NCBI GenBank assembly: GCA_035641315.1
Contig: DASQUK010000057.1
Coordinates: 1,268-65,267 of the forward strand
DNA: 64,000 bases
Reading direction: 5' to 3'
Origin: Acidimicrobiales bacterium
Lineage (GTDB): Bacteria > Actinomycetota > Acidimicrobiia > Acidimicrobiales > VFJN01
Positions 33,446 through 42,536 of this stretch are shown here, piece after piece; positions within the stretch are counted from its first letter, which is position 1; every line of letters begins with the position of its first letter. The position numbers were made by a program, and so were the translations under genes. Under the pieces are notes generated by a model. The model saw nothing but the letters and a program-made list of their open reading frames with translations, was not told where the DNA came from and ran no database searches.

Positions 33446-34045
33446 TCACATCTGGCGGGGGACGGTCACGTCCTGGGGTTCGGCCAGCACCAGTCGGTCG
33501 CCCAGCCGCAGTTGATCCCCGGCCACCGTCACCCAGCGGCCCTCGACGTTGGCCAGCCGGCTGTGGTCGAGTCCCAGGTCGCGTTCCACCGCGAACACCA
33601 GCCCCGCATGGGTGATCACCAGGACGTCGGCGCCCGGAACCGCCTCGGCGATGCGCCCCAGGCAGCGCAGCGCCCGGACCAGCAACTGCTCGTCCGTCTC
33701 CCAACCGGGCGGGCGCCGCCCGTCGGGCAGGAATCCCGGGTAGCGCCGTTCGATCTCTACTCGGGTGAGCCCCGTCCACTCACCGGCGTCGCGCTCCCGC
33801 AGGTCGGCGTCGAGCACCACCGGGCCCACGCCGATGTCGTCCGCGATGATGACCGCCGTCTCGGCCGCCCGCTGCAGGTCCGAGGCCCAGATGGCGTCGA
33901 CGCTGCCGAGCGACCGGGCTGCCTCGTGAGCCTGGCGTCGCCCGAGGTCGCTGAGCGGGGGATCGGCCTGGCCCTGCCACCGCCCGAGCGCGTTCCACTC
34001 GGACTGCCCGTGGCGGGTCAACAGGACGCGCGTCTCGGTGATCAT
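33446..34045 (-). CDS. Histidine phosphatase family protein (PGAM-like)
   Basis: …VLLTRHGQSEWN… (RHG catalytic motif) and a downstream …ITHAG… His motif. Confidence 0.85.
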   Translation of the reverse strand: MITETRVLLTRHGQSEWNALGRWQGQADPPLSDLGRRQAHEAARSLGSVDAIWASDLQRAAETAVIIADDIGVGPVVLDADLRERDAGEWTGLTRVEIERRYPGFLPDGRRPPGWETDEQLLVRALRCLGRIAEAVPGADVLVITHAGLVFAVERDLGLDHSRLANVEGRWVTVAGDQLRLGDRLVLAEPQDVTVPRQM

Positions 34046-34197
34046 CGTCCGGCGACGCTATCCGGAGCTTCCGGCCCGACCCCCACCCGCCACCCGTGAT
34101 GGCGTCGGCCTGGGGCCGACCGGGTCGTCTAGGCTCGTTCGGCGTTTGCTGGGGGCGGACGCGTGCCGCTGCCCAGGTCCGCAGGAAGGGACGCCAC

Positions 34198-34551
34198 ATG
34201 GCCTTGCCGCTGGAGAAGCTCGGAAGCACCCATCCACCGCGGACGGCCCTGATCGATCCCGAGCGCGCCAAGCAGTACGCCGCCGCCACCAACGATCCCA
34301 ACCCCGCCTACGAGGCGGCCATGTGCAGCCAGTCGGTCATCGCCACCGTGGCCGGTGACGACGCCGGCCTGCTCCGGCGGTTGGCGGTGCGGTTCGGCGG
34401 CAACGTGTTCCCGGGCAACCACGTGGTGACCGAGATCTACGACGCCGACGGCGTGGTGCCGCCGCCGGTGGACGGCGTCTCGGTGTATGTCTTCGAAGCC
34501 ATCAGCCAGGGGGCGGTCGTCGTTCGCAACGGGCTGGCCGAGGTCCTTTGA
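34198..34551 (+). CDS. Short MaoC/hotdog-like protein (apparently internally shortened)
   Basis: …ERAKQYAAATNDPNPAY… (N-terminal MaoC-dehydratase-like motif) runs after ~25 residues into …RFGGNVFPGNHVV…. At 117 aa it is ~35-40 aa shorter than typical single hotdog proteins. Confidence 0.5.
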   Translation: MALPLEKLGSTHPPRTALIDPERAKQYAAATNDPNPAYEAAMCSQSVIATVAGDDAGLLRRLAVRFGGNVFPGNHVVTEIYDADGVVPPPVDGVSVYVFEAISQGAVVVRNGLAEVL

Positions 34552-34559
34552 CGGCGTCT

Positions 34560-34802
34560 ATGGCTGTGCTCCGCCTGTTCGCCCAGGCCCGCGAGGCCGC
34601 CGGGGCCGCCCGCGACACGGTCGAGGGTGCGACCGTCGACGAGGTGCTGGCTGCGGCCCGGGCCCGCTACGGGGACGGGTTCGCGGCGCTCCTTCCCAAC
34701 TGCCGCATCTGGGTGAACGGCGAGCCCGCCCAGGGGGAGGACCCGGTGGCCGCCACCGACGAGGTCGCCGTCCTCCCGCCCGTCTCGGGGGGCTTTTCGT
34801 GA
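34560..34802 (+). CDS. MoaD/ThiS-family sulfur-carrier protein with two residues after the Gly-Gly
   Basis: MAVLRLFAQAREAAG…VAVLPPVSGG-FS*. An alternative TTG start lies at 34548. Confidence 0.75.
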   Translation: MAVLRLFAQAREAAGAARDTVEGATVDEVLAAARARYGDGFAALLPNCRIWVNGEPAQGEDPVAATDEVAVLPPVSGGFS

Positions 34803-36037
34803 GCTCCACGGTGTCCGGACCGACGCCGCGGATCATCGACCCGCCGGGCCTCGCTTGGAACCCGCCGCCTCGTCCGCCGGCGGCCCCCGCCCCGCCGACA
34901 CTCGCACCCAGGACCCCGGTGCCCCCGCCGACTGGGCCGACACCGCCGTCGGGGTCCCGCGGTGGCGGATCGCGGCGTGGCGGTCCCGCCGGCCGCTCGG
35001 GACCACCCGCAGCGGGGACCGGCCCCGACCGTGGCCCCGCGATCGGCCCGCCGACCCGCCGGCGCCGCCCGCCCGCGGGCGCCACCCCCGACATCGGCGA
35101 CGCCGGGCCCAGGTCGGGCGGACCAGGACGGGGCCCCCGTCCCGCCAGGCGGGCACCCAACGGCTCGGCACCGCCGCCCGGCCGCGGCCGCCGGGCGACG
35201 ACCGCTGCTCCGCCGGCCAAGGGAAGGCGTCGCAAGGCGAACGCCGGCCGCCCGGGACTCTCCCGTGACCGCGCCACGCCGCCGAAGCGCGGCCGGCTGG
35301 CGGTCGTCTACGACGTCGACGGGCCGCGGGTCCGCCTCGGCGTCGGCTGGTTCGTGGTGGCGCTGGCGGGTGTCGTCGCCAGCCCGATATCCGCGGCGCT
35401 GGTGTACTGCGTCGCCGCCGGCTGGGCCGCCCGCCAGGTGGTACGGGCCTGGGGTTCGGTCCCGTGGCAGGCCGACCTCGCCGCCGGGCTCGGAGCCCTG
35501 CCGGTGCTTGCCGCCCTCGCCGGCACCCGGCCGCTGGTCGCCGCGCTCGCCGTGGTCGTGGTGGTGGCCATCGGTGCTGCCTGCGCCCCGGGTGGTGGGC
35601 GTTTCGCCGGCCGGGGGAGCCGGGCCGCGGCCCTCGGCATCCTGTGGCTCGCCGTCGTGCCCGCAGTGGGCGCGGCCTCGCTCGTGCTGGTGCGGACCGA
35701 GTCGCTGGCGTCGGCCCTCGTCCTGCTCCTGGTGGTGAGCGCCTACGAGGTGGGCGACTTCATCGTCGGCTCCGGTGCGTCCAACCCGGTCGAGGGCCCG
35801 CTGGCCGGCATCACCACCGCGCTGCTGATCGGGTTCCCGCTGGCGGTGATCCTGGTCTCGCCGTTCGACGACGCCGGAGCGGCGCTGCTGGGCTTCGCCG
35901 CCGTCGCCTGTCCGTTCGGCCAGGTGGCGGCGTCCGCACTGCTGCCCGACGCCGGGGCGCCTGCGCCGGCCCTGCGGCGCATCGACACGCTGCTGGTCCT
36001 CGGCCCGCTGTGGGCCGCGGCCTCCGCGGCGTTCTGA
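34799..36037 (+). CDS. Membrane protein with a long Pro/Arg/Gly-rich N-terminal region; function unknown
   Basis: The GTG overlaps the moaD-like stop (GTGA). About 150 aa are low-complexity, followed by ~7 TM segments. It lacks the CdsA signature, so no enzymatic call is made. Confidence 0.5.
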   Translation: MSSTVSGPTPRIIDPPGLAWNPPPRPPAAPAPPTLAPRTPVPPPTGPTPPSGSRGGGSRRGGPAGRSGPPAAGTGPDRGPAIGPPTRRRRPPAGATPDIGDAGPRSGGPGRGPRPARRAPNGSAPPPGRGRRATTAAPPAKGRRRKANAGRPGLSRDRATPPKRGRLAVVYDVDGPRVRLGVGWFVVALAGVVASPISAALVYCVAAGWAARQVVRAWGSVPWQADLAAGLGALPVLAALAGTRPLVAALAVVVVVAIGAACAPGGGRFAGRGSRAAALGILWLAVVPAVGAASLVLVRTESLASALVLLLVVSAYEVGDFIVGSGASNPVEGPLAGITTALLIGFPLAVILVSPFDDAGAALLGFAAVACPFGQVAASALLPDAGAPAPALRRIDTLLVLGPLWAAASAAF

Positions 36038-36055
36038 GACCTCGCCGCCCGGCGG

Positions 36056-36640
36056 CTATGACTTCGCGAGGTTCGCCGCTGCGAACTCCCAGTTGACCAG
36101 GTGCTCCAGCCACGTCTCGACGTAGGCCGGCCGCGCGTTCTGGTAGTCGAGGTAGTAGGCGTGCTCCCACACGTCGATGGTGAGCAGAGCCGTCTGGCCG
36201 TGCTTGAGCGGCAGGTCGGCGTCCTTGGTCTGCACGATCTCGAGCCCGTTCTCGCCCTTGGCCAGCCAGGTCCAGCCCGAGCCGAACAGGGTCTTGGCCT
36301 TGTCGTTGAACGTCTGCAGGAAGTCGTCGACCGAGCCGAAGGAATGCTCGATCGCCGTCTTGAGCTCACCCTCGGGCTCGCCCCCGCCCGGGGTCATGCA
36401 GCTCCAGAAGAAGCTGTGGTTCCACGCCTGTGCCGCGTTGTTGAACAGGCCGCCGGGCTCGGCGGCGAGGATGATCTCTTCGAGCGAGCGCCGTTCGTTG
36501 TCGGTGCCCTTGATGAGTTCGTTGAGGTTGTTGACGTACGTCTGATGGTGCTTGCCGTAGTGGAAGTCGAGCGTCTGCTCGCTCATGTGCGGGGCGAGTG
36601 CGTCCTTGGGGTACGGCAGCGGGGGAAGCTCGAAGGCCAT
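36056..36640 (-). CDS. sodA: Fe/Mn superoxide dismutase
   Basis: …LDFHYGKHHQTYV…, …AAQAWNHSFFW… and …DVWEHAYYLDYQN… carry all four metal ligands. The sequence context looks Fe-type, but metal specificity cannot be determined from sequence alone. Confidence 0.93.
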   Translation of the reverse strand: MAFELPPLPYPKDALAPHMSEQTLDFHYGKHHQTYVNNLNELIKGTDNERRSLEEIILAAEPGGLFNNAAQAWNHSFFWSCMTPGGGEPEGELKTAIEHSFGSVDDFLQTFNDKAKTLFGSGWTWLAKGENGLEIVQTKDADLPLKHGQTALLTIDVWEHAYYLDYQNARPAYVETWLEHLVNWEFAAANLAKS

Positions 36641-36800
36641 CGGGCGCTCCTTCGTGTCTCGTGGGGACGGACCTTTGCGAACCTACCCACCACGAGGGCG
36701 AACACACACCGGACCTGCGGTGTATTCGGCGTCGGTCACGAGTCCTACGATCCGCCCCGAACGACGACCGACTGGGTCAGGAATCTCTTGACGGCGGCGG

Positions 36801-38054
36801 ATGTTGAGGCCCTTGGTGCGAAGACTCGCGGTCCTCTCCCTGCACACGTCGCCCTTGGCCCAGCCGGGTGCCGGTGACAGCGGCGGCATGAACGTCTACG
36901 TGCGCGAGCTGGTGTCGGCGCTCGCCCAGGCGGGCGTGACCAGCGACGTCTACGTGCGCCGCTGGGCCGACGGGCTCCCCGAGGTCGTCGACGTCGAGCC
37001 GGGGTTCCGCGTGGTGCACGTTCCGGCGGGGCCGGTCGACCTGCCCAAGGAGGCGTTGCCCGAGATCGTCGACGAGTTCGCCGACGGCGTGCTGGCCCGG
37101 CTCATCGCGGACGATGGCACCGACGGGGTCGGCGCCCTCCACGCCAACTATTGGCTGTCGGGCGTCGCCGGGCACCGGCTCAAGCACGAGCTGGAACTGC
37201 CGTTGGTGTCGACGTTCCACACGCTGGCCCGGGTCAAGGCCGAGACCGGTGACCCCGAGCCGCGCCGACGGGTCGAGGCCGAGGCCGCGGTCATAGGCTG
37301 CTCCGACGCCATCCTCGCCAACTGCACGGCCGAGGCTGCGCAGCTCCAGCGGCTCTACGGCGCCGACCCCGATCGCATCGAGATCGTGCCCCCGGGGGTC
37401 ATTCACGCCTTCTTCTCTCCCGGGGACCGCATCGGTGCCCGTGCTGCGCTCGCCCACCTCGACCTGGGGGACGGGCCGATGCTGCTGTTCGTCGGGCGCA
37501 TCCAGCCGCTCAAAGGGTTGGACGTGGCCGTGCGGGCGCTGGCGGGGCTCGACGACCCCCGGGCCGTGCTGGTGGTGGTGGGCGGCGCCAGCGGGAGAGA
37601 CGGACGGGCCGAGGTCGAGCGGATCGAGAAGCTGGCGGGGTCTCTCGGCGTGGCCGACCGCATCCGCTTCACCGACCCGCAGCCCCACCACTTGTTGTCG
37701 ACCTACTACCGGGCCGCCGACGTGGTGCTCGTGCCCAGCCGCAGCGAATCGTTCGGCTTGGTGGCGCTGGAGGCGGCGGCGTGCGGGACGCCGGTGGTCG
37801 CGGCCGCCGTCGGCGGGCTGCGGACGCTGGTGGAGCATGGCCGCACCGGGTTCCTGGTCGAGGGCCGCGATCCCGAGGTGTTCGCGGCCTACACCGAGCA
37901 GATCCTGGGCAACCCGGCGCTGGCCCGCGAGCTGGCCGCCACCGCCGCCAGCCGGGCCCGCAACTTCACCTGGTCCACGGCCGCCGGCCGACTGCGTCGG
38001 ATCTACGCCGACCTCACCGCCCGGGCGCCGGTGGAGTGCGGCACGGGGGCCTAG
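36801..38054 (+). CDS. mshA: D-inositol-3-phosphate glycosyltransferase (mycothiol biosynthesis)
   Basis: …LSLHTSPLAQPGAGDSGGMNVYVRE… and the GT4 C-terminal …SRSESFGLVALEAAACGTPVVA…. An alternative GTG start lies at 36816. Confidence 0.9.
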   Translation: MLRPLVRRLAVLSLHTSPLAQPGAGDSGGMNVYVRELVSALAQAGVTSDVYVRRWADGLPEVVDVEPGFRVVHVPAGPVDLPKEALPEIVDEFADGVLARLIADDGTDGVGALHANYWLSGVAGHRLKHELELPLVSTFHTLARVKAETGDPEPRRRVEAEAAVIGCSDAILANCTAEAAQLQRLYGADPDRIEIVPPGVIHAFFSPGDRIGARAALAHLDLGDGPMLLFVGRIQPLKGLDVAVRALAGLDDPRAVLVVVGGASGRDGRAEVERIEKLAGSLGVADRIRFTDPQPHHLLSTYYRAADVVLVPSRSESFGLVALEAAACGTPVVAAAVGGLRTLVEHGRTGFLVEGRDPEVFAAYTEQILGNPALARELAATAASRARNFTWSTAAGRLRRIYADLTARAPVECGTGA

Positions 38055-38144
38055 CCACGGGCCCTGGCCCGGTAGCGTCTCCGGCCCGACCCCTACCGCC
38101 GCCCCTAATGGCGTCGGTCTGCCACCGACCCGTACCTTCTCGAT

Positions 38145-38612
38145 GTGACGCAGAGGCCGTTCACCGGCGAGGAGCTCGACGCCATCGCCGCCCGCATCGA
38201 GGCGTGGCTGGAGCGCCAGCGGACCGAGAACCCGGTGGTGGCCGCAGTGGAGCGCGACACCGAATCGGGGGAGCGCCGCTGGTTCGTGCGGGTGCGGGGC
38301 GAGCAGAAGGACGTGTTCACCATCTGGTTCCACCTGCGCCAGCGCACGCTCCATTACGAGACGTACGTGATGCCGGCGCCCGAGGAGAACGAGGCCGCCT
38401 TCTACGAGCACCTGCTGCGCCGCAACCGCAAGCTGTACGGCGGGGCGTTCGCGATCGGCGAGGAGGACGCGATCTTCCTGGTGGGCCACATCGCCAACGA
38501 CGCCATCGACGACGACGAGCTCGACCGCATCCTGGGCTCGCTCTACGACTGGACCGAGCAGTTCTTCCGCCCGGCCATGCGGATCGCCTACGCCTCCCGG
38601 TTCAAGGGCTGA
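38145..38612 (+). CDS. YbjN-domain protein (conserved mshA neighbour)
   Basis: 155 aa. …FTIWFHLRQRTLHYETYVMP…. Its position after mshA matches the M. tuberculosis Rv0486-Rv0487 arrangement. Confidence 0.7.
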   Translation: MTQRPFTGEELDAIAARIEAWLERQRTENPVVAAVERDTESGERRWFVRVRGEQKDVFTIWFHLRQRTLHYETYVMPAPEENEAAFYEHLLRRNRKLYGGAFAIGEEDAIFLVGHIANDAIDDDELDRILGSLYDWTEQFFRPAMRIAYASRFKG

Positions 38613-38808
38613 CCCACGTTTCCGGCGTTCGAAGCCACCGGATTCCGCCATTTGTGGACGCCGGTTCCGATGGCTACGGATCCTCGTTGCTTTTCGTGCT
38701 ACTTCAGACCTAGCGTTGCGTCGGCCCGGGAGCGGGGCGGTCCACCGATCGGGGAAGTCGAGCTGGTCGCCTCGCGCCCGGGCACTGTCGAGCCGTACTG
38801 TCCTCGAA

Positions 38809-39609
38809 ATGGGGATGCCCAAGCTCCAGGTCATCGGCGGGGGGAAGATGGGGGAGGCGCTGCTCGCCGGCCTGGTGTCCGGCGGATGGGCGCCCACCAG
38901 GGAGCTGCGGGTGGTCGAGAAGCTGGCCGACCGGGCCGCCCAGCTGCGCGACGCCTTCCCCGGCGCCACGGTCGCCGGCGAGCCGGACGTCGCGCACGGG
39001 CACGTGCTGGCGGTCAAGCCCGCTGACGTCGACGCCGCCTGCCGGGCGCTGGCGGCCACCGGCTCGTGCGCACCGGTCCTGTCGATCGCCGCCGGCGTCA
39101 CCATCGAGCGCCTGGAGGCGGGCCTGGCCCCCGGCACGCCGGTGGTGCGGGCCATGCCCAACACGCCGGCACTGGTCGGTGCCGGCGCCGCGGCCGTGGC
39201 CGCCGGCCATGCCGCCGACGAGGCCGACCTGGCCTGGGCCGAGCAGATCCTCGGCGCCGTGGGCACGGTGGTGCGGGTCGACGAGCCGCTGCTCGACGCC
39301 GTCACCGGGCTGTCGGGCTCGGGGCCGGCCTACGTCTTCCTGGTGGCCGAGGCCCTGATCGAGGGCGGCGTGCTGGCCGGGCTGTCCCGGCCGGTGGCGG
39401 CCAGCCTGGCGGTGCAGACGCTGCTGGGATCGGCCCGGCTGCTCGCCGAGTCGCCCGACGGCCCCGAGGCGCTGCGGGCGGCGGTCACGTCCCCCGGCGG
39501 CACCACCGCCGCCGGCCTCCGGACCCTCGAGGCCGCGGGCGTGCGCTCGGCGTTCCTGGAGGCGGTGCTCGCCGCCACCGAGCGCAGTCGCGAGCTCGGG
39601 CGGGGCTGA
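38809..39609 (+). CDS. proC: Pyrroline-5-carboxylate reductase
   Basis: …IGGGKMGEALLAGL…, …MPNTPALVGAGA… and …VTSPGGTTAAGL…. I prefer the ATG at 38809 (or 38815) over the track start at 38716. Confidence 0.92.
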   Translation: MGMPKLQVIGGGKMGEALLAGLVSGGWAPTRELRVVEKLADRAAQLRDAFPGATVAGEPDVAHGHVLAVKPADVDAACRALAATGSCAPVLSIAAGVTIERLEAGLAPGTPVVRAMPNTPALVGAGAAAVAAGHAADEADLAWAEQILGAVGTVVRVDEPLLDAVTGLSGSGPAYVFLVAEALIEGGVLAGLSRPVAASLAVQTLLGSARLLAESPDGPEALRAAVTSPGGTTAAGLRTLEAAGVRSAFLEAVLAATERSRELGRG

Positions 39610-39711
39610 GCCTGGCCGTCCTAGCAGGCCATACATGCGAGCCCGCCCCACTCGCCACATCAGCAACGGTCGCATACAGTGACCCCAGCGGAGTTGGAAG
39701 GGGTCTTCCAC

Positions 39712-39900
39712 ATGCCTATGTCGCGCGCCCGGTTCCTGACGCCTCGCGAGGTGGCCGACCTCTTGCGGGTGTCATCGATGACCGTCTACCGGCTGATCAA
39801 GTCGGGCGAGCTGCGCGCCGTGCGGGTGGGCAAGGCGTACCGCATCCTCGAGGACGACGTCGACGCCTATCTGGCCGACCGCTTCACCCAGGCCGGCTGA
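39712..39900 (+). CDS. Small excisionase-family helix-turn-helix DNA-binding protein (Rv0500A-like)
   Basis: …LTPREVADLLRVSSMTVYRLIKSGELRAVRVGKAYRI…. It sits immediately after proC, as in mycobacteria. Confidence 0.8.
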   Translation: MPMSRARFLTPREVADLLRVSSMTVYRLIKSGELRAVRVGKAYRILEDDVDAYLADRFTQAG

Positions 39901-39969
39901 CACGCACCAAAGCCGCTCAGCACCCGCCGGATTGACCATCCGGCGGCCCTCCCCGCCACACTGGCGTCC

Positions 39970-40878
39970 GTGCCGCTCCTGCGCTTCGACACGATCTCTT
40001 TCCTGTCCGACTACGGCACCACCGACGAGTTCGTGGGCGTCGTCAAGTCGGTCATCCGGTCGATCGAGCCCCGGGTCACCGTCGTCGACATCACCCACGA
40101 CATCCAGCCCTACGACGTCAAGGCGGGCTCCCTCACACTGGCCCGCAGCGTGCAGTACCTCTGCCCGGGCGTGGTGCTGGCGGTGGTCGATCCCGGGGTC
40201 GGGACCGATCGCCGGGCCATCGCCATCGAGGTCGGCGGCGGCCAGTCCTACCTGGTCGGACCGGACAACGGGCTGCTCGCCGCGGCCGTCGGCATGGTCG
40301 GTGGCGCCAGCGCCGCCGTCGAGCTCACCAATCCGGAGTACCGGCTGACCTCGCCCGGACCCACCTTCGACGGGCGGGACGTCTTCGGCCCGGCCGCGGC
40401 CCACCTGTGCGCCGGCGTGCCGCTCGACGCGCTGGGCCCCCCGGTCGATCCCGTCGAGCTGGTTCCCGGGCTGGTACCGCTGCCGCGGGACGAAGAGGGG
40501 GCCATCGTGGGCGAGGTCCTCTGGGTCGACCGCTACGGCAACTGCCAGCTCAACATCGACCCGGACCAGATCGAGTCGTGGGGCGACCGGGTCCAGCTCC
40601 GGTGGACCCGGCCCACCGAGGGCACCCGGACCGCGGTGCGCGTGCGGGCCTTCGACGAGCTGGGCACGGGTCAGGTCGGGCTGGTCATCGACAGCTACGG
40701 GCTGCTGGCCGTGGCCATGAGCCGGGCGTCGGCGGCCGACACGCTGCAGATCGCGGCGGGCGACGAGCTGGCGCTGGTGCCGCTCGGCGACGAGGGCGGC
40801 GAGGTGGCCGCCGGCAACGGGGCAAACGCCGTCACCTCCAGCCCGATCCACCTCCACCGGCGGGGCTCGCCGTCGTGA
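39970..40878 (+). CDS. SAM hydrolase / SAM-dependent halogenase family protein (DUF62)
   Basis: …ISFLSDYGTTDEFVGVVK…, …VVDPGVGTDRR… and …FDGRDVFGPAAAHL… are hallmarks of the S-adenosyl-L-methionine hydroxide adenosyltransferase family. Confidence 0.85.
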   Translation: MPLLRFDTISFLSDYGTTDEFVGVVKSVIRSIEPRVTVVDITHDIQPYDVKAGSLTLARSVQYLCPGVVLAVVDPGVGTDRRAIAIEVGGGQSYLVGPDNGLLAAAVGMVGGASAAVELTNPEYRLTSPGPTFDGRDVFGPAAAHLCAGVPLDALGPPVDPVELVPGLVPLPRDEEGAIVGEVLWVDRYGNCQLNIDPDQIESWGDRVQLRWTRPTEGTRTAVRVRAFDELGTGQVGLVIDSYGLLAVAMSRASAADTLQIAAGDELALVPLGDEGGEVAAGNGANAVTSSPIHLHRRGSPS

Positions 40879-40964
40879 GGCCCGGCACGACCATCGTCCT
40901 CGCCGTGCTGCTGGCGCTCATCCTCGGGGCGTCGGCGATCCAGCTACTGTTCCTGGCGCGCTAG
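40875..40964 (+). CDS. Possible 29-aa single-TM micropeptide, translationally coupled (GTGA) to the upstream gene
   Basis: VRPGTTIVLAVLLALILGASAIQLLFLAR* has a hydrophobic core flanked by Arg. The only evidence is the ORF, the overlap and codon usage. Confidence 0.3.
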   Translation: MRPGTTIVLAVLLALILGASAIQLLFLAR

Positions 40965-41007
40965 GGGCGCTGACGATGCCCAGGCGGCCACCAGGGGAGA
41001 CGGGGAC

Positions 41008-42462
41008 GTGAACCTCGCCGCGGCGATCGAAGCCCACCCTGCGGACGCGCCGGCGCTGGTGAGCGGCGGCGAGGTGACCAGCTACGGCCAGCTGCGCTCG
41101 CAGGTGGCACAGGTCCGCGGCGCGCTGGTCGCCCGGGGCGTGGCGCCCGGTGACCGGATCGCCATCGTGGCCCCCAACGGCCGGCCCTTCGTGGCCGCGT
41201 ACCTCGGGGTGCTAGGGGTCGGCGCCGTGGCGGTGCCGCTCAACCCGCTCAGCCCGCCGCCCGAGCTGGAACGTGAGCTGGGCATGGTGGACGCCCGGCT
41301 GACCCTCGCGGATCGCGTTGGCGGCGGCCCGGCGTTGGGCGAGGTCGTCGCGATCGCCGACATCGCCGACCTGCTGGGCGCCGAGCCGGCACCGTTGGTG
41401 GACCGAGCCGACGACGACGCGGCCGTGCTGCTGTTCACCAGCGGCACGGCGGGGCTGCCACGGGCGGCCATGCTGACGCACGGCAACCTCCGGGCCAACA
41501 TCGAGCAGGTCCGTGCGGGTCCGGGCGGTGGGGCGACGACGCCCGACGACGTGGCTCTGGGTGTCATCCCCCTGTTCCACATCTTCGGGCTCAACGCCGT
41601 GCTGGGCTTGGCCCTGACCGTCGGCAGCTCGGTGGTACTGGTCGACCGCTTCGATCCCACGGCCACCCTCGACCTGATCGCCGAGCACAAGGTCACGGTG
41701 GTCTCGGGCGTCCCCACCATGTGGCGGGCCTGGGCCGAGCTGCCGCCCGCGAGCGGCGACGCCGACGCCAACCCCATGGCCAGCGTGAGGCTGGCCGTGT
41801 CGGGGGCGGCGCCCCTCGACCCCGCCGTCCGCCGTGCTGTCGCCGCCCGCTACGGGGTCGAGCTGGCCGAGGGCTACGGGCTGACCGAGGCGTCGCCGGT
41901 GGTCACCAGCGGCGCCGGCCTCGACGCCCCCGACGGCAGCATCGGCGTGCCGCTCCCCGGACTGCGGGTGCGCCTCATCGACCGCTTCGGCGAGGACGCC
42001 CTGATCGGCGACCCCGGGGAGATCTGGGTCCACGGTCCCAACGTGTTCGCCGGTTACTGGAACGACGCCGAGGCGACCCGCGTCGCGCTGACCGAGGACG
42101 GCTGGCTGCGGACCGGAGACCTGGCGGTGGTCGACGACGACGGCTTCCTGCGCCTGGTCGACCGGGCCAAGGACGTCATCATCGTGTCGGGTTTCAACGT
42201 GGTGCCGGCGGAGGTCGAGGCGGTGCTGGTGCGGCACCCCGACATCGCCGAGGCCGCGGTCGTCGGCGTGCCGCATCCCCACACCGGAGAGGCGGTGAAG
42301 GCGTTCGTCGTGCCGGTCCCGGGGGCCACCATCGAGGGAGGTGCAGTCGTGGAGTACACGTCGCGCCACCTCGCCCGGTACAAGTGCCCCTCGACGGTGG
42401 CCGTCGTCGACCGACTGCCGCACGGACTCACCGGCAAGCTGCTGCGTCGGGAGTTGCGCTGA
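41008..42462 (+). CDS. AMP-dependent synthetase/ligase (acyl-CoA synthetase family)
   Basis: …LLFTSGTAGLPRAAMLTHGNL…, …EGYGLTE…, …TGDLAVVDDDGFLRLVDRAKD… and a C-terminal …GKLLRREL. Confidence 0.88.
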   Translation: MNLAAAIEAHPADAPALVSGGEVTSYGQLRSQVAQVRGALVARGVAPGDRIAIVAPNGRPFVAAYLGVLGVGAVAVPLNPLSPPPELERELGMVDARLTLADRVGGGPALGEVVAIADIADLLGAEPAPLVDRADDDAAVLLFTSGTAGLPRAAMLTHGNLRANIEQVRAGPGGGATTPDDVALGVIPLFHIFGLNAVLGLALTVGSSVVLVDRFDPTATLDLIAEHKVTVVSGVPTMWRAWAELPPASGDADANPMASVRLAVSGAAPLDPAVRRAVAARYGVELAEGYGLTEASPVVTSGAGLDAPDGSIGVPLPGLRVRLIDRFGEDALIGDPGEIWVHGPNVFAGYWNDAEATRVALTEDGWLRTGDLAVVDDDGFLRLVDRAKDVIIVSGFNVVPAEVEAVLVRHPDIAEAAVVGVPHPHTGEAVKAFVVPVPGATIEGGAVVEYTSRHLARYKCPSTVAVVDRLPHGLTGKLLRRELR

Positions 42463-42497
42463 GGGCGAGGCGCAGGACAGATGCCACACGCACACCC

Positions 42498-42515
42498 TTG
42501 TGAGCGCGTGAACAA
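42498..42515. promoter_or_regulatory. Rex-operator-like site upstream of rex
   Basis: TTGTGAGCGCGTGAACAA. Its inner 16 nt match the Streptomyces ROP TGTGAACGCGTTCACA at 13/16 positions. It lies 22 nt upstream of the rex ATG. Confidence 0.55.
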
Positions 42516-42536
42516 GCGGCGATAGGCTGCCGGCCG

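Noticed and set aside
38613-38808. 196-nt lower-GC spacer upstream of proC as a possible sRNA or riboswitch
   Set aside because: It has only weak local stems (CCGGCGT…ACGCCGG) and no motif I recognise, so there is insufficient evidence to report it as a feature.
36777-39305. 842-aa minus-strand ORF across mshA, ybjN and proC
   Set aside because: It runs antisense to three well-supported plus-strand genes and crosses their intergenic regions. Its composition is low-complexity (R/G/A/P).
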